A stretch of 64,000 nucleotides of DNA from Lama glama (lineage: Eukaryota): NCBI GenBank assembly GCA_028534125.1, contig CM052832.1:33108001-33172000 (forward strand), read 5' to 3'. The notes under the pieces are model-generated. The model did no database searches. It saw only the letters and a list, made by a program, of their open reading frames with translations, and had not been told where the DNA came from. Made by a program: the position numbers and the translations under genes. Below are positions 13,756 to 25,949 of this stretch, piece by piece (position 1 is the first letter of the stretch; every line of letters starts with the position of its first letter).

Positions 13756-13761
13756 TTTATT
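13756..13761 (-). terminator. NQO2: NQO2 polyadenylation signal AATAAA
   Basis: tttatt on the + strand, about 80 nt past the NQO2 stop codon. Confidence 0.7.
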
Positions 13762-13840
13762 AATGACACGGGCCTGCACCGCCGGGGGCGGGGACGGCGG
13801 GGGGGGGAGGCGCCACGCGGTGCGGTCCGCGGCCCGGGCG

Positions 13841-14017
13841 TCACTGCCCGAAGTACCAGGGGGGCCTGCAGTCGATGGGCTCTTCCTTCCAGATGGTCTT
13901 CAGCCTCTCAGCCCAGGAGGCCACCATCCCCCTTCTTTCTTCTTCCGACGCAAATTCGGGAGCAAAACTGATCTGAGGGGCGAGGACTTTAAATCCACAG
14001 AAGTGCAGTGTGCCGTG
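13841..14017 (-). CDS. NQO2: NQO2 last coding exon (HGTLHFCGF...WYFGQ*)
   Basis: Acceptor ggctgcag|CAC; TGA at 13841-13843; 177 nt. Confidence 0.97.
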   Translation of the reverse strand, partial: HGTLHFCGFKVLAPQISFAPEFASEEERRGMVASWAERLKTIWKEEPIDCRPPWYFGQ

Positions 14018-17000
14018 CTGCAGCCACAAGGGAGGAGAGCTGGTCAGAGGTCCGCCCGCACGCATGCTCGTTCAGCCATCAAAGGGGAGGCAGAGGGGGA
14101 CAGACCCCTGCCCTGGGGCCTCAGGGCGCGGCCCCCTGCCACGCCCCAGCTCCCCGCCAGCAGGTTCCAGTTCTACCCTGAAAACCGAGATCACTCTGTA
14201 ATCTCTGCTGCCGAGTCAGACACCAAGTTCACGGTTCTGGCTGATTAGGCAAATTACGGCACACCATGCGACGAAACATTCTAGAGGGAGGTTTTTCTAG
14301 CTATGACCACAGAAGGCTGATCAGGGTATCTGTTAAAGGTAAAAAGTGGGAAAGCTGAAGCAGTGTTTGTGGGGCACCATTTACGTAAAAAAAAAAATGC
14401 GACAAGCCAAACAATGAAAAGTACATACTGAAGAGCCACCGTGGCTGTGAAGAAGCCCCCGGAGACTGACGGTGGCTGTCGCCAAGGCGGATTAAGAGGA
14501 CTCAGTTTGTTTTCATATTTTACAGTCTCACTTTTTTCTAATATGTACTTCGGCAAACCAAAAAAAAAAAAAAAAAGGTGAAGATTTTTAAAAAGCAAGA
14601 CTGAAGACAGCTGAGAGACGCCGGCCCGTGGGGAGGGAGCCCGTGCTGGAAGTGGCCGTCCTCCACAGCTGGGCTGTCAGTTGATGGAATCGCTAACCCA
14701 TCTCCTTTCAAAGAAGACACTTTTTTCTAGAAATATCACTGTCCTTCCCTTAAACCCACACCCCTGTCCAGGCCTCCCCATCAGGGTGGGTGGGCAGGTG
14801 GAACCCAACCCACTGCATTTTTAAAGCCCATTTTAAAGGCGACAAGGACCTCCTCCCCGCTGGAAGCACGTCCCTCTCGACAACCTGGATGAGCGGTCCC
14901 CAGGCAGGTTTCCGGGTCTGCCGGGACTTCGGGACTGGACATGGCGGCCCAGCTGGGGCTGTTCACTTTGCTGGCCCAGCGCCCGCCGCTTCCCTCTGCA
15001 GACAGCAGACCTCGGCACCACCCCACCCCGCCACCCCGCCACCCCAGGCCATGGGCTGAGTCCTGGGCCCCTTGAGCCACGGGTGGGCTCTGGGGATGGG
15101 GTGGGCGTGAGTCTGTGCAGATGTGACCTGGGGTGCCTCTGGCTAGGGTTTGGGGGCAAGGTTGCCTTCAGGCAGCAGAGCCAGGGTGTGGGCGGCTCTA
15201 CGCCCCCAGCTCTCGACACCTAGCGCCACCTGGGGGCTTCTGTCTACCCAGGCAGGGGCCAGCCAGCCAGGTGGGCGTGGCCTCCGTCCATATGAGATCA
15301 AAGCTGTCGTTGTAACGTGTGTCCTCATCCGCCAGCATTTCAGTGCTGCTCAGTAAAGCATCGAGGAGGCGAGAGGGTACCCTTTCCTCTATCTGGACGG
15401 GGGCACGTCAAAATGGCCCGGCTTTCAGGCCTAAGTCACATCTCACTTTATACCTTGGGGAGGGTGGGGCCAAGGGGCTGGGGTACCTGGAGGGGCCACA
15501 GGAAGTATCGGAAGTCTCCGCTGACTCCAGTTTTCGAGTACATCTCAGCCGTGCCGCCCGTGGTCAAGGAGAGGATGGCCGATTTACCCTGCAGGGGGGA
15601 AGGCGTGCACTGAAGGGACCCCAGCCAAGCAGAGGGACAGAGGCGACAGACGCAACCCCAGCATGAAGGGTTGTGACGACCAGGAGGGAAAACCCGGGGA
15701 TGGACACACTCCCATCCTGTCAAGCCCATGGTGACAGCTACATCCAACAGGAAGAGGGCAGGCAACAGGCAGAGGGAACGGCCCCAGCGCAGGCGGAGAT
15801 GGGCAGCTTCAGGGCAGCGGGTGAGGAGTGGGCAGGGCCAGGCCTCGGTTACACCTGGGGGTGAGGGTGGGGGGTGGCTGGGGGGGGTGAGGGGTGCTGC
15901 TGGAGCGCCCAGCTCCGGGACCACCCAGCAGAGGGCAGCATCTCTTCTGGGTCCAAAACTCAGAGTTTCTCCATACACATTTATTTTCTGAGGCTTTTAG
16001 AATTTAAAACATCATTTGTTTTAGCGGGAACTCCACAGCTGCCTTGACCTGTGTGTCTGCCAGGTTCCTGGCGATCCCCACCCTGAACGCGGGCGTTGCG
16101 TTATCCTGTTTTCTTGGGGGAGGAGGTAATTAGGTTTATTTATTTATTTTTGATGGAGGTGCTGGGGATTGAACCCAGGACCTCATGCATGCTAAGCATG
16201 CGTTCTACCACTGAGCTATACCCTCCTCCCACGTTATCCTGTTTTCAAGGTGGGTACACGATGCTCAGAGGTGAGCCTGTGCACGGCCAGGTGAGGGACC
16301 GCGTTGTGCAACAGGTGCCCCCGGAGCCGGCAACCCCGTGTGGCCACACCCTCCGCCCCCAGCCCGCCCTGTGCCCTGGCCTCAAGCACGACGCTTGGGG
16401 CTCTCTGGACCCCTGCTGCAGGAAAAGCCCGTGACCTCAGGAACAAAGCAGCACACAGGCTGTGCACACAGCTGAGGCCCAGTCAACGTTTGCTCGGACA
16501 AAAAGCAAATGAGAAAGGACTTGCTGAGACGCCCCTTCCCTCCCCACGCACACTGGCCCTCCGGGCGCCTACCTTGAGGAAGCCGTCGTCGTAGAAGCCG
16601 GGCAGGTCGAAGGCAAAGCCCTGGCACAGCACCCTGTCCATCCAGCCCTTCAGGACGGCGGGCACGCTGAACCAGTACAGCGGGAACTGCGGGCACGGCA
16701 CGGAGGGGCTTCTGCTCTAGTCTGTCCACCCGGGGATTCGGGCAGCCTCCCCTCCCCCCTTCTCACGCCCCCTCCCCCCTTCCACACCCCCACCCCGGGG
16801 GCCGGGCAGGCACGGCTGACCACGTCCTGGCTGCTGTCACAGGTGGCTCTGTGCCCCCTGGTGCTGGCCCCAACCCAGAGGGCTGGGAGATGCCCACTGG
16901 AAGCTCTGCTGGCCCCCAGCTCTGGGGAGCAGTCCTGTGACCCACCCAGTCCAGGGGATAGAGGGCGGGTGTGGGGAAGAGTCTGCCCCCTCCACACTGG

Positions 17001-20000
17001 GGGGGGGTGAGGGTGTAGGTTCTGAGAAAGTTCAGGTTCAACACAAACTAAAGCGGGATCCTCAGATCCCACACACCAGCAGGAGGATGCCCTGGTGTCC
17101 GCCCTGGTCCCCACGGAAGCCCTAACCCCGCACCCAACAATGCCATCAGTGAAAAGATATGAGCCCAGGAAATAATGTTACCAAAGGTGGAAAGAAGCCC
17201 ACATTTCGTGTGCCTTCACTATAAATCCAACTCAGACTTGCCACCAAAATCCAAGCTCCACAACCTACCACTGTGGGATGCTGGCAAGTTACTTAACCTC
17301 TCTATGCCTCCTTCTCCTGATTTGCAAATAGCTCCCCACCTGGAATGACTGGTGGGCGAATGCGGGAGGGTGGGTGGGTGAGGCCATCAGTGAGGGGACA
17401 ACAAAGGAAGACTCTCATCTTGACGACCAGGACGCCTAAGGCAGGAGTCACACTTGGCCCAAGTTACCCCGAGAACACTCGTGTGGACAAATCTGGTTCT
17501 CACGCAGCCCCAGTACGTCCAGGGCAGGGGATGGCGGGGGAGCGGAGGATGCGCCGTCCGTGTGATCAGATGTGTCAGGACCACGGGCTACAGGGAGACC
17601 CCGCTTCCCGGGGGTCAGGGTCTTCCAGACGGTGTCGGCCCCTGGGCCTCCCGACCCAAGTAGACAGAAGTGAGTGTGCAGGTGTGCTGGGAACTCAGCA
17701 CCGGGAAGGGCCTGCACACGGAACGACGGGAGTTTGGCAGGAAGATCAGAGGAAAGACAAACCTGAAATATCACCAGGTCGGCCTCCTGAACCTTTTTCT
17801 GCTCCTGGACGATGTCACTGCTCAGAGCCGCCTTCTTGTAGGCTTCATACACTTCCACCCCGTAACTGAAGGTCTCGGGGTTAGAGAGGGTGCCTGGGGG
17901 ACATGACAAAGGTTCTCCTCAGGTGGCATATGCAGCCCATGCGGCACTGTCACCTGGACGTCCCCCACCCCACCCCCTAAAGGCACCAGACAGTCACTGA
18001 GATCCCGCCAGGTGCCAGGCCCTGTGGTCAGACTGTGGACACAAAGAGAAGCAGCCACTGTCCTGACCTTCAAGGGACTCCAAGTCCAGTAGGAGACGTA
18101 GATAAGTAGTCAAACAACACACAAAACACGATGAGTCTGCTCACGCCGTGTAACATCAGGGCTGGATAAGCCTCAAATCCCACACCAGGACGCGGGTGGC
18201 CTCACACTGGGGTGTGTAACCACGCAGTGGCCCAAAGGGCGGTGACCGGCCCAGTGACCCTGGGCGTGAGCTCTGTGGACGGGGTTCTGACGACGGAGCA
18301 GGAGTTCTCTAGGCAGCCCAGAGAACTGGAGGGAAGTGGAGGACGTTCTGGGCAAGGACAAGCTGGCCGGCCAGGAAAGGGCCACGGGGAGCACATGGGG
18401 AGGACGTGGGGTGAGAGGCTGGGAGGGCCGCAGGGGACGTGTCAGCAGAGGTGGGCCAGGTCTCGTGAGCCCTGATAAGGGACTTAAAGCTTCCTGCGCA
18501 CAGGGGGCCACTCCCCATAGACAGAAACGCTCCGAATGGGTTGGAGTCACTGTGGCCGCAGGGACTGAGGAGCAGGTCTGGTTGGGGCGGGGAGATCAGG
18601 CGGCAGCACGGGTGGGAGGAGGTGTGGGCTGAGGCCTGCCGGACGCCCACAGCACTAAACTGAAAGACAAGTTTACACTTTGATCTTTGCCTTTAGTGGG
18701 TTCTCGACAACCAGAGCGCGTCACCCAAAGGCACCGATCAGATCACCGGGACTCGCCGCCCACCGCGGGCTGTGCTGCACACGTCACCTTTCCATCTTCA
18801 TAATACCTGTGAGCAGGGTAGCTCCCCACCTACCAGAGGGGAGACGGCCCAGTGTGACCCTGCCACCACGCGGGGCCTGCAAAGGGGCCACCAAGGGCTG
18901 AGAACATCCCAGGGCACTGCCTCCTCTCAGCCCCTGCTGCACGCTTTCTGTGCACAAAGCTCTGCGGGGACCCTGAGCAGGTCCCTGAGTAGGAGGGACC
19001 GGGTCCAAGGTGTGGTGCCCACCGTGGACACTGGGTGCTTCTGATCATGGGAAACAGATGAGAAAATGCGCACGGGCCATCTTATATGTTCCAGGTAAAA
19101 TGAAAAAGCGCCAAAGCCGAGATATCCAGGTATCACGGGACATGGGACTGTTTTTGTAAGTGTGGTGTGGGGAGGCCTCTCTAGGTGAAAGAGGACATCC
19201 AAGAGCCGCGGACACACGCTGACTGACGGCTTGAAGTAGAAGCCGACAGCGAAGACGCAAGTCAGCAGGAGAAGTGGTGAGCTACAGCACGCATGCGGCG
19301 AGGTGCCGGTCTGCAAGACTCTGGCAGCGCCAGTGAATGAAGCAGGTCCCCATCTACACCTGCACTTGCAGACTTCTAAAGCTGGCACCAGCAGGCCCTT
19401 CATGGGTGGAGCAAGATCTGCAACGAGCCACAGCGAAACGCCGGGCCCGCCGCCCCGGGGCCGTGCACGGCCAGGGCGGCGCGTGCAGGACTTGCAAGGG
19501 TCCCCCCTCTGCCCGTCTGTTCACCGCACTTAAACTGCTTCTTACAGCGAGCCTTGTCACCACCTGAGTCACTGGAAAACCAGGGGCCCCTTCGCATAAT
19601 CCTCTCAGTTTTCCCAGCCCGTGCTCCGCGGCTCATTGAGAGGAAACAGTTGATTGGTTTCTTAAAAGAGAGGAAAGACAACGATGCCAGTTACTCCCAT
19701 CAGCACTAAATTTTAAGTCGCGGGTCCTTAACACAACCACAGACAGAAGGAAAGCAAAGGAATTAAATACCGGAAACGCGGAGGAGAAATGATTATTTGC
19801 AGATGATCGGACTGTCTATTAGAAAGCCCCAGAAAATCAGCTGAAAACTACTACAGCGAGAAAACTCACAGAGCTGGACACGCACACAGTGAACCTCTCT
19901 GCGGAGGGTAACGGAACCCAGGTGACGGGAATCACGCAGTATCTGCTTGAACAAAACTCATAAACAGGCCTGGAAGGTTGTAAGGAACAATGCAAAGGAA

Positions 20001-23000
20001 GGGCCACCCCCGTCTCCGGGACAGAAACACTTGGCCCCATAGAGTCCATCTGTAAACTCAACGGGGCCTCAACAGAGGCATCACCCATTATGTTTTGAAT
20101 CTGGAACACTAATTCAAAACACTGTAGGGAAAAGTAAAATGGGGGGAGGGTGCAGCTCAGGGGTGGAGCGCATGCTTAATTAGCACACACAAGGTCCTGG
20201 GTTCAATCCCCAGCACCTCCATTAAAAATAAATAAACAAACCTAGTTACCTCCCCATCCCCCAAAGTAGAAAAGTAAAATAAAAGTAGTTGGGGAAAAAC
20301 AGAAAGTAAGGGAAAAGAGGGTGATTTAACTCCATCAGACGTTAAACTTGCCAAAATAATTAAAGCCACGTGGTACTGAGTCACGGAGGGGAAAACCAAA
20401 CCAGCACACCGGGAGCAGACAGAGTCAAACCTGCGTGGGAATTAGATCACAGCGAAGGTGGCATTTTAAATTGGGGCAACAGCTGGGTCACGAAATAAAC
20501 GGTGGTGAGACAGCTAGGTTCTCAGAAAAAACCTGGACCCACATCATACACCAAAATAAACCCCGAATAGATGAACTATTTAAATTTAAAAAGCGGAACC
20601 TGTCAAATATCACAAGAAACTATAACAATGTAAAAAAAATAAGCTTATACTTTATATGACACAAAATCCAGGTGTCAGAAAGTTTGACCTCTAGTCAGAG
20701 AAAGACAAATACCATACTGTATCACTTATACGTGGAGTCTGAAAAATGATACAAACAAACTTATTTATAAAACAGAAGCAGACACACAGGCATAGAAAAC
20801 AAACTTATTACTACCAAAGGGGAAAAGGTGGGGAGGGATAAATTGGGAGTTAGGAATCTGCAGATACAAACTACTATGTACAAAATAGATAAATAACAAG
20901 GACCTATTGTACAGCACAGGGAACTATATTTAGTATCTTGTAGTAACTTATAATGAAAAAGAATATGAAAAACAATATATTTATGTATAACTGAATCACT
21001 ATGTTGAATATCAGAAACTAATACGACATTGTAAATCAACTATAGTTCAATTTTAAAAATAAAAAAAATTTTAAGAAAAAAATAAATTGCATATTAAAAA
21101 ATGACCGCTAATCAGAAGCCAACTAAGCAAAAGTAAATGAACTCTTGTGTGAAAAAAAACCCACCACAAGCAAAGTCAAAACTAAAAAAAATTAGGTAAA
21201 AATGTATTTACACTTCATATCCCACACTCTAGGCTAATTTTTTAATATATAAAGAGCTCTTCAAAATCAATTAAAAAAAGACTAACAGAAGAATAAGTAA
21301 GAAATATGAACAGATAATTCACAGGAAAGAAAATATTTAAATTTTTATTAAAATATCAATGTAAATATTTATAAATATAAAATATTAACAAATGAAAAGC
21401 TACAAGTATTTAGCTTTTTTAAAAGAATATTAAAAAAATCTTCAAGACATCATATTGTACACCTTGAATCCTTTGTCAATTATATCTCAATCAAGCTGGA
21501 AAAAATGCTTCTTAAATATATACAAAAATGGTAAAGCTCACTTACACTGTGAGAAAGGCAAAGGAGAACTGTGCAGAGAGACCATTTTTCCACCTATCAG
21601 ATTGGCAATTATCAAAAAATTGGTAAGAGGGAGGGAACCAGCACTTGCGGCACTGCTGGTGGGAGATGAGCCGCAGCACTAACGGGAAGCAATCTGACAT
21701 CATCTGCGAGAACGTAAAACTCACAGTCCCTCCGACCGACCGGAGCTCGTCTCCTGGATACAGGTGCACAGGTAGGACGGCCCAGCTGGCCGCGCTGCCC
21801 GCTGCGCTCTGTTTGTAACAGCGGAAGGGAGAAACAACCCAAATGCCCTTTAGTGGCACCTCCACACCACGGGGGACTCTGCAGCAGCAAAAAAGCAAGC
21901 AACGCGCAAAGCAAAGTACGGTGCATGCTCCCCTTTTTGAAAAGAGCGCAGGGAACTGGAGGGTGTACCCTGAGTCGCCTTAGGGTGTGTCCAGACACAG
22001 ACAATCTCCAGAAAGATCGAGAGACAGCAGGTGACACTTGGGGGCAGAGAGACCAGGTGGCTGGGGGATGGGGAAGAAGACTTGCACTGTAGACTTTCTC
22101 GACTTGACAGCTGTACAGCATGTGCAATGATTAGCTTTGTTTTCAAACACTTTTTAATTAAAAACATATAAATAAGGCAAAAAAAACCCCAACCCAAACA
22201 ACCAATCTGATTTAAGAATGGGCAAAGGATCTGAACAGACATCTTTCCAAAGAGAACATACAGATGCCAACAGGCCCATGAAAAGATGCTCAGCATCACT
22301 AGTCATCAGGGAAATTCAAGCCAAAGCGACAGTGAGAGACCACTTCTCGCCTGTCAGAATGGCTCTCGTCCAAAAGACAAGNNNNNNNNNNNNNNNNNNN
22401 NNNNNNNNNNNNNNNNNNNNNNNNNNNNNNNNNNNNNNNNNNNNNNNNNNNNNNNNNNNNNNNNNNNNNNNNNNNNNNNNNNNNNNNNNNNNNNNNNNNN
22501 NNNNNNNNNNNNNNNNNNNNNNNNNNNNNNNNNNNNNNNNNNNNNNNNNNNNNNNNNNNNNCTCTCAAAAAAAAAATCTGTACCTCATTGTCTACTGCAG
22601 AATTATTTACAACAGCCAAGACACAGAAACAACCTAAATGCCCATCGATGGACGACTGGACAAAGGAGCTGTGATCTGTACACATAGCGGAGTACCATTC
22701 AGCCATCAAAAGGAAGGAAACCTTGCCATTTGCAACAACAAGGATGGACCTTGCAGGCCTCATGCTAAGTGAAATACATCAGAGAGAGACAGACAAATAC
22801 TGCATGATCTCACTTTTATGTGGAATCTGAAAACCCAAACCAAAACCAAAAATGACCGAGCTCATGAATACAGAAAACAGACTGGTGGCTGCCTGGCGCG
22901 GGGGGTGGGGTGGTGGGTGATACAGATGAAGGGGTCAGATGGGCAAACTTTCAGCTGTTAGATGAGTAAGTCATGGGGACGCCATGCACAGCATGGCAAC

Positions 23001-24611
23001 CACAGTGAAGACAACTGCACATCTGAAAGAGCAGATCTTGAAAGTTCTTAACACAAGAGGAAAAAACTGTAACTATTGTGGTGGCCATTTTGCAACGTAC
23101 ACGAGCACCGAATCCTTCTGGTAAGCACCTGAAACAAGAATGTTATGTCAGTTACTCCTCAGGAGAAAGACGCACACACGAGGAAGCTTCAAAAACCGGT
23201 TTACCCCGTGACTCACCAGTGATATCATTCCTCGTGGCCCTCGGCTCAAAGTCCATGGCGTAGAGATCAGACACGGTGATGCTGCAGCCCTGCCGGCCCA
23301 GCTCCGCCACCGCCACGTCCTTCAGGGACCCGTTGAAAGACTTGGGCTCCTGGTGCGCGTAGACTATGAGCACTTTCTTACCTAAACCTGGACAAGAAAC
23401 GACTGCTCTTGAAGGACGACCCCTATGTCAGAATTCAGCAAGCACTAAGGGGACAAGGCAGTGTCTAGGTGCGTCACAATGGCTGAAGCAAAGAAATACC
23501 AACCTTTTTTATTTTATGGGTGACAGTTTTAAAATCACAAGCATTTAAAACAATCTAGCTGTACTGTAGTTCATCACCACCTGAGTTCACTGATACACAG
23601 CTACACAGCAGGTCAAATTACGATGCCCCGAAAGTAACACAACTGAGTTCTGTAACAGCCCCCTCTGTTCGGGTCATCCTCTGAGAAATTTAGCCCTGCT
23701 GCCCAACATCGTAAGAGGACACGACCATAACGGACCTTCCGTGTGAACCCTTCGCCAGCAGGCATCAGTCCCAGACACACAGCTCTGCTTCCTTCCCCTT
23801 CGTCAAAATTTGACACTTAAACAAGATATGAAAAATCGGATCCCTCGTCCCTGGGGGAGGCAGGGCCTGTGTGGAGTCTGGCTCTCGGGAGCAAGGCTGA
23901 CAAGAGGCTGTAAGAACAGCCGATTCTGACAGGTCCTGCCTGCGTCGTTAACAGCCTCTGAAGCAGCATTTCCCTCGTCCGAAAGGTTCCACCGATTTCT
24001 TCTCGGAGGCAGCTGTGGGGGTTTGTTTAAATTTTCCCCGGGAACATCTAAGACCAAAATGTTTAAACTCTTGATTTCAATTATTCCATTTAAGCCCTTA
24101 AGGAACAAACATAAATGTTAGTTTGAAGCAGACAGTCCTGGGGCATTCAGCTGAGTGTAAAGGTTGAATTCTGTGCGTTATGTTAATAATTAACACTTTT
24201 ATTTGAGCTTCTCAGACTCTGTTATAAAGTAACTCTATGTGGGGGCTTAATAGAAAATGGATTCAAATGAAATATCTAAAAAAAAAAAAAACCCCAACAA
24301 AATAACAAACAAAACCAAAGGGAAAAAAAAGAAATACCCACACCAATGGTTCTCTCCTGGGGCAGTGCTGCCTCCAGGGCCGAGACAGGACAAGCACCGC
24401 CCTTACTTTCAAGAAACCTGTATTTCAGTGGGGTTGAAACAGACAATAAAACAAGTAAGAAAATACAAAACCAGATACTTCCAGAGAGCAGTCAACATTA
24501 TAAACAAGTTTTACACTTCAGTGTTGTCCGGAGCTTCTATAACATTGTATTCAACTTCTAAATAACATTTTAGTTTTAAAAAGTTTAACCCCCCCGTAGC
24601 TGACCTGCCAT
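13841..24611 (-). CDS. NQO2: Ribosyldihydronicotinamide dehydrogenase [quinone] (quinone reductase 2), 231 aa; join of 24611-24605, 23381-23217, 17893-17763, 16686-16573, 15588-15487, 14017-13841
   Basis: Spliced translation [24 protein letters not shown]...[28 protein letters not shown]...[24 protein letters not shown]...WYFGQ*. Exon sizes 7+165+131+114+102+177 = 696 nt, all GT-AG. Metal-site His/His/Cys residues are retained. Confidence 0.97.
15487..15588 (-). CDS. NQO2: NQO2 coding exon 5 ([12 protein letters not shown]...FLWPLQ)
   Basis: ctgcag|GGT ... CAG|gtaccc; 102 nt. Confidence 0.97.
16114..16231 (-). mobile_element. tRNA-Ala-derived SINE with 15-bp target-site duplication
   Basis: Full SINE flanked by cgttatcctgttttc at 16099-16113 and 16232-16246. 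Confidence 0.9.
16573..16686 (-). CDS. NQO2: NQO2 coding exon 4 ([11 protein letters not shown]...DDGFLK)
   Basis: cccgcag|TTC ... AAG|gtaggc; 114 nt. Confidence 0.97.
17763..17893 (-). CDS. NQO2: NQO2 coding exon 3 (GTLSNPETF...ADLVIFQ)
   Basis: cccccag|GC ... CAG|gtttgt; 131 nt. Confidence 0.96.
20141..20268 (+). mobile_element. tRNA-Ala-derived SINE with 12-bp TSD
   Basis: SINE flanked by gaaaagtaaaat at 20129-20140 and 20269-20280. Confidence 0.85.
22382..22561. other. Assembly gap (180 N)
   Basis: Run of n inside an L1 fragment. Confidence 1.
23217..23381 (-). CDS. NQO2: NQO2 coding exon 2 ([13 protein letters not shown]...RNDIT)
   Basis: gtttag|GT AAG AAA ... ACT G|gtgagt; 165 nt. 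Confidence 0.97.
24605..24611 (-). CDS. NQO2: NQO2 start-codon exon (ATG GCA G); 5'UTR part probably extends to an acceptor near 24744
   Basis: agagcATGGCAG|gtcagc supplies M-A-G in phase with the next exon; candidate acceptor ttttctctcctag at ~24745-24757. Confidence 0.88.
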
Positions 24612-24888
24612 GCTCTAGGAGGTGGACGCTCTCTCTGAATCCCGCCAAGAGGAGGCTGTGCTGCTAATTCTGGGCACAGAAGGGCTGAGTGTGGTGGGCG
24701 CTCGGCTTGCAGGTGCAGTCACTCTCCTCAGTGACCCCGACAACCTAGGAGAGAAAACAGATGCTGAGGAAGGCGGGGAGACAGGTGGGGAGAACAATGT
24801 GCAGCCATGTACAGGTCCAGGCAGAGGGACCAGCGTGCGTAAGGCAGGAGGTGGGAACTGGTGTGAGGGTTCCAGAGAGCCTGTTTCA

Positions 24889-25040
24889 GGGGGAGGGTAT
24901 AGCTCAGTGGTAGAGTTTATGCTTAGCATGCACAAGGTCCTGGGTTCAATCTACAGCACCTCCATTAAATATATATATATATATGTATAAACAAACTTAA
25001 TCCCCCCTAAGACAAAACAAAACTGAAAAAAAAAAAAAAA
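24889..25040 (+). mobile_element. tRNA-Ala-derived SINE with (TA)n and A-rich tail
   Basis: gggggagggtatagctcagtggtagag...cctgggttcaatc. Confidence 0.85.
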
Positions 25041-25949
25041 CATGACACAGAAAGTCTGTTTGACCCGCCTGTGGTTAAAATAGAGAGCCGGGTGGGATCC
25101 GTAGGACAGAGGCCAAGACTGTATCCTGAGCCTAAAAGAAAGCCATTGTGACATGTTATGCAGGAGTGATATGACCTGATTACCTCAGACAGGTCATCGT
25201 GTCACTGCAGACTTAGGGGACACCTCACCCTGAGATTCCCAGGGTGAGGGACCAAAGACACTTTGGTTTGGAAGAATAGCTTTAATTTTCTTCGTGCTTA
25301 CAGCAGGGTATGCATTCTTCGTATCCCCAGGCCTCACCATTCCCCATTGCTCTGTTCGGCCCACTTTACGTGTTTACATCACCTGCCAGGCCACTTGAGG
25401 CCTTTGGGTTTCTGACTCCCCTTCTGGTCCAGTTCCCCAAGTTGTACAGAACAGAAACCTGCGGCCCAGGAAGCAGGCTACTTGTCCAAAATAGACTCAA
25501 GCTGGGCTCCTGACTTGCTTTTGGAGCTGCCACGTCCCCCGGGCCTTCCTTGCCCCACTCCACAGCACGGATAGGTTTCTCCTCCCTTAGGAGTCAGGTA
25601 CTTAGGGGTCAACAGGAAAAACGAGCCACATGGTTATCAAATATATATACCACATCAAATGGGCTGATTTTTTTTTTGATGCACACTGTTTCATCTTAAT
25701 TCGCAACCAAAATCTATTTCACGACGGCCAGGCAGCGCCTATCATGCTAACAGCCAGTTAACACTCACTGGTAGCTGCACTGGGGCTTGCACGCCCATCC
25801 CCGACCGCTTCTCTCTTCCCAAATTGCACCCTTTCCATTTTCCCCGGAACCATAAATAGCCGTGCAGGAAGTTCCTCTTTCTACAGTTCTTTGGCTGATA
25901 TTCTCAGAGACTAACGCTACAGGGGCTGAGTTGCAGGTCCTGGCACAGA

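Larger units (their letters stand above)
19680..23150 (+). mobile_element. Cluster of L1 fragments in an NQO2 intron (old L1M pieces, a younger L1 3' end at ~20690-21080, and an L1 3' part spanning the gap)
   Basis: L1 ORF2 and 3'UTR motifs (aaagacaaataccat...gtaaatcaactatagttcaatt; gatgctcagcatcactagtcatcagggaaattcaa). Confidence 0.8.

Noticed and set aside
16150-16230. Apparent tRNA-Ala(AGC) genes (also at 3910, 20141, 24889, 34150, 63887)
   Set aside because: They share a SINE-specific tail, TSDs and mutated stems; they are tRNA-derived SINEs, not tRNA genes.
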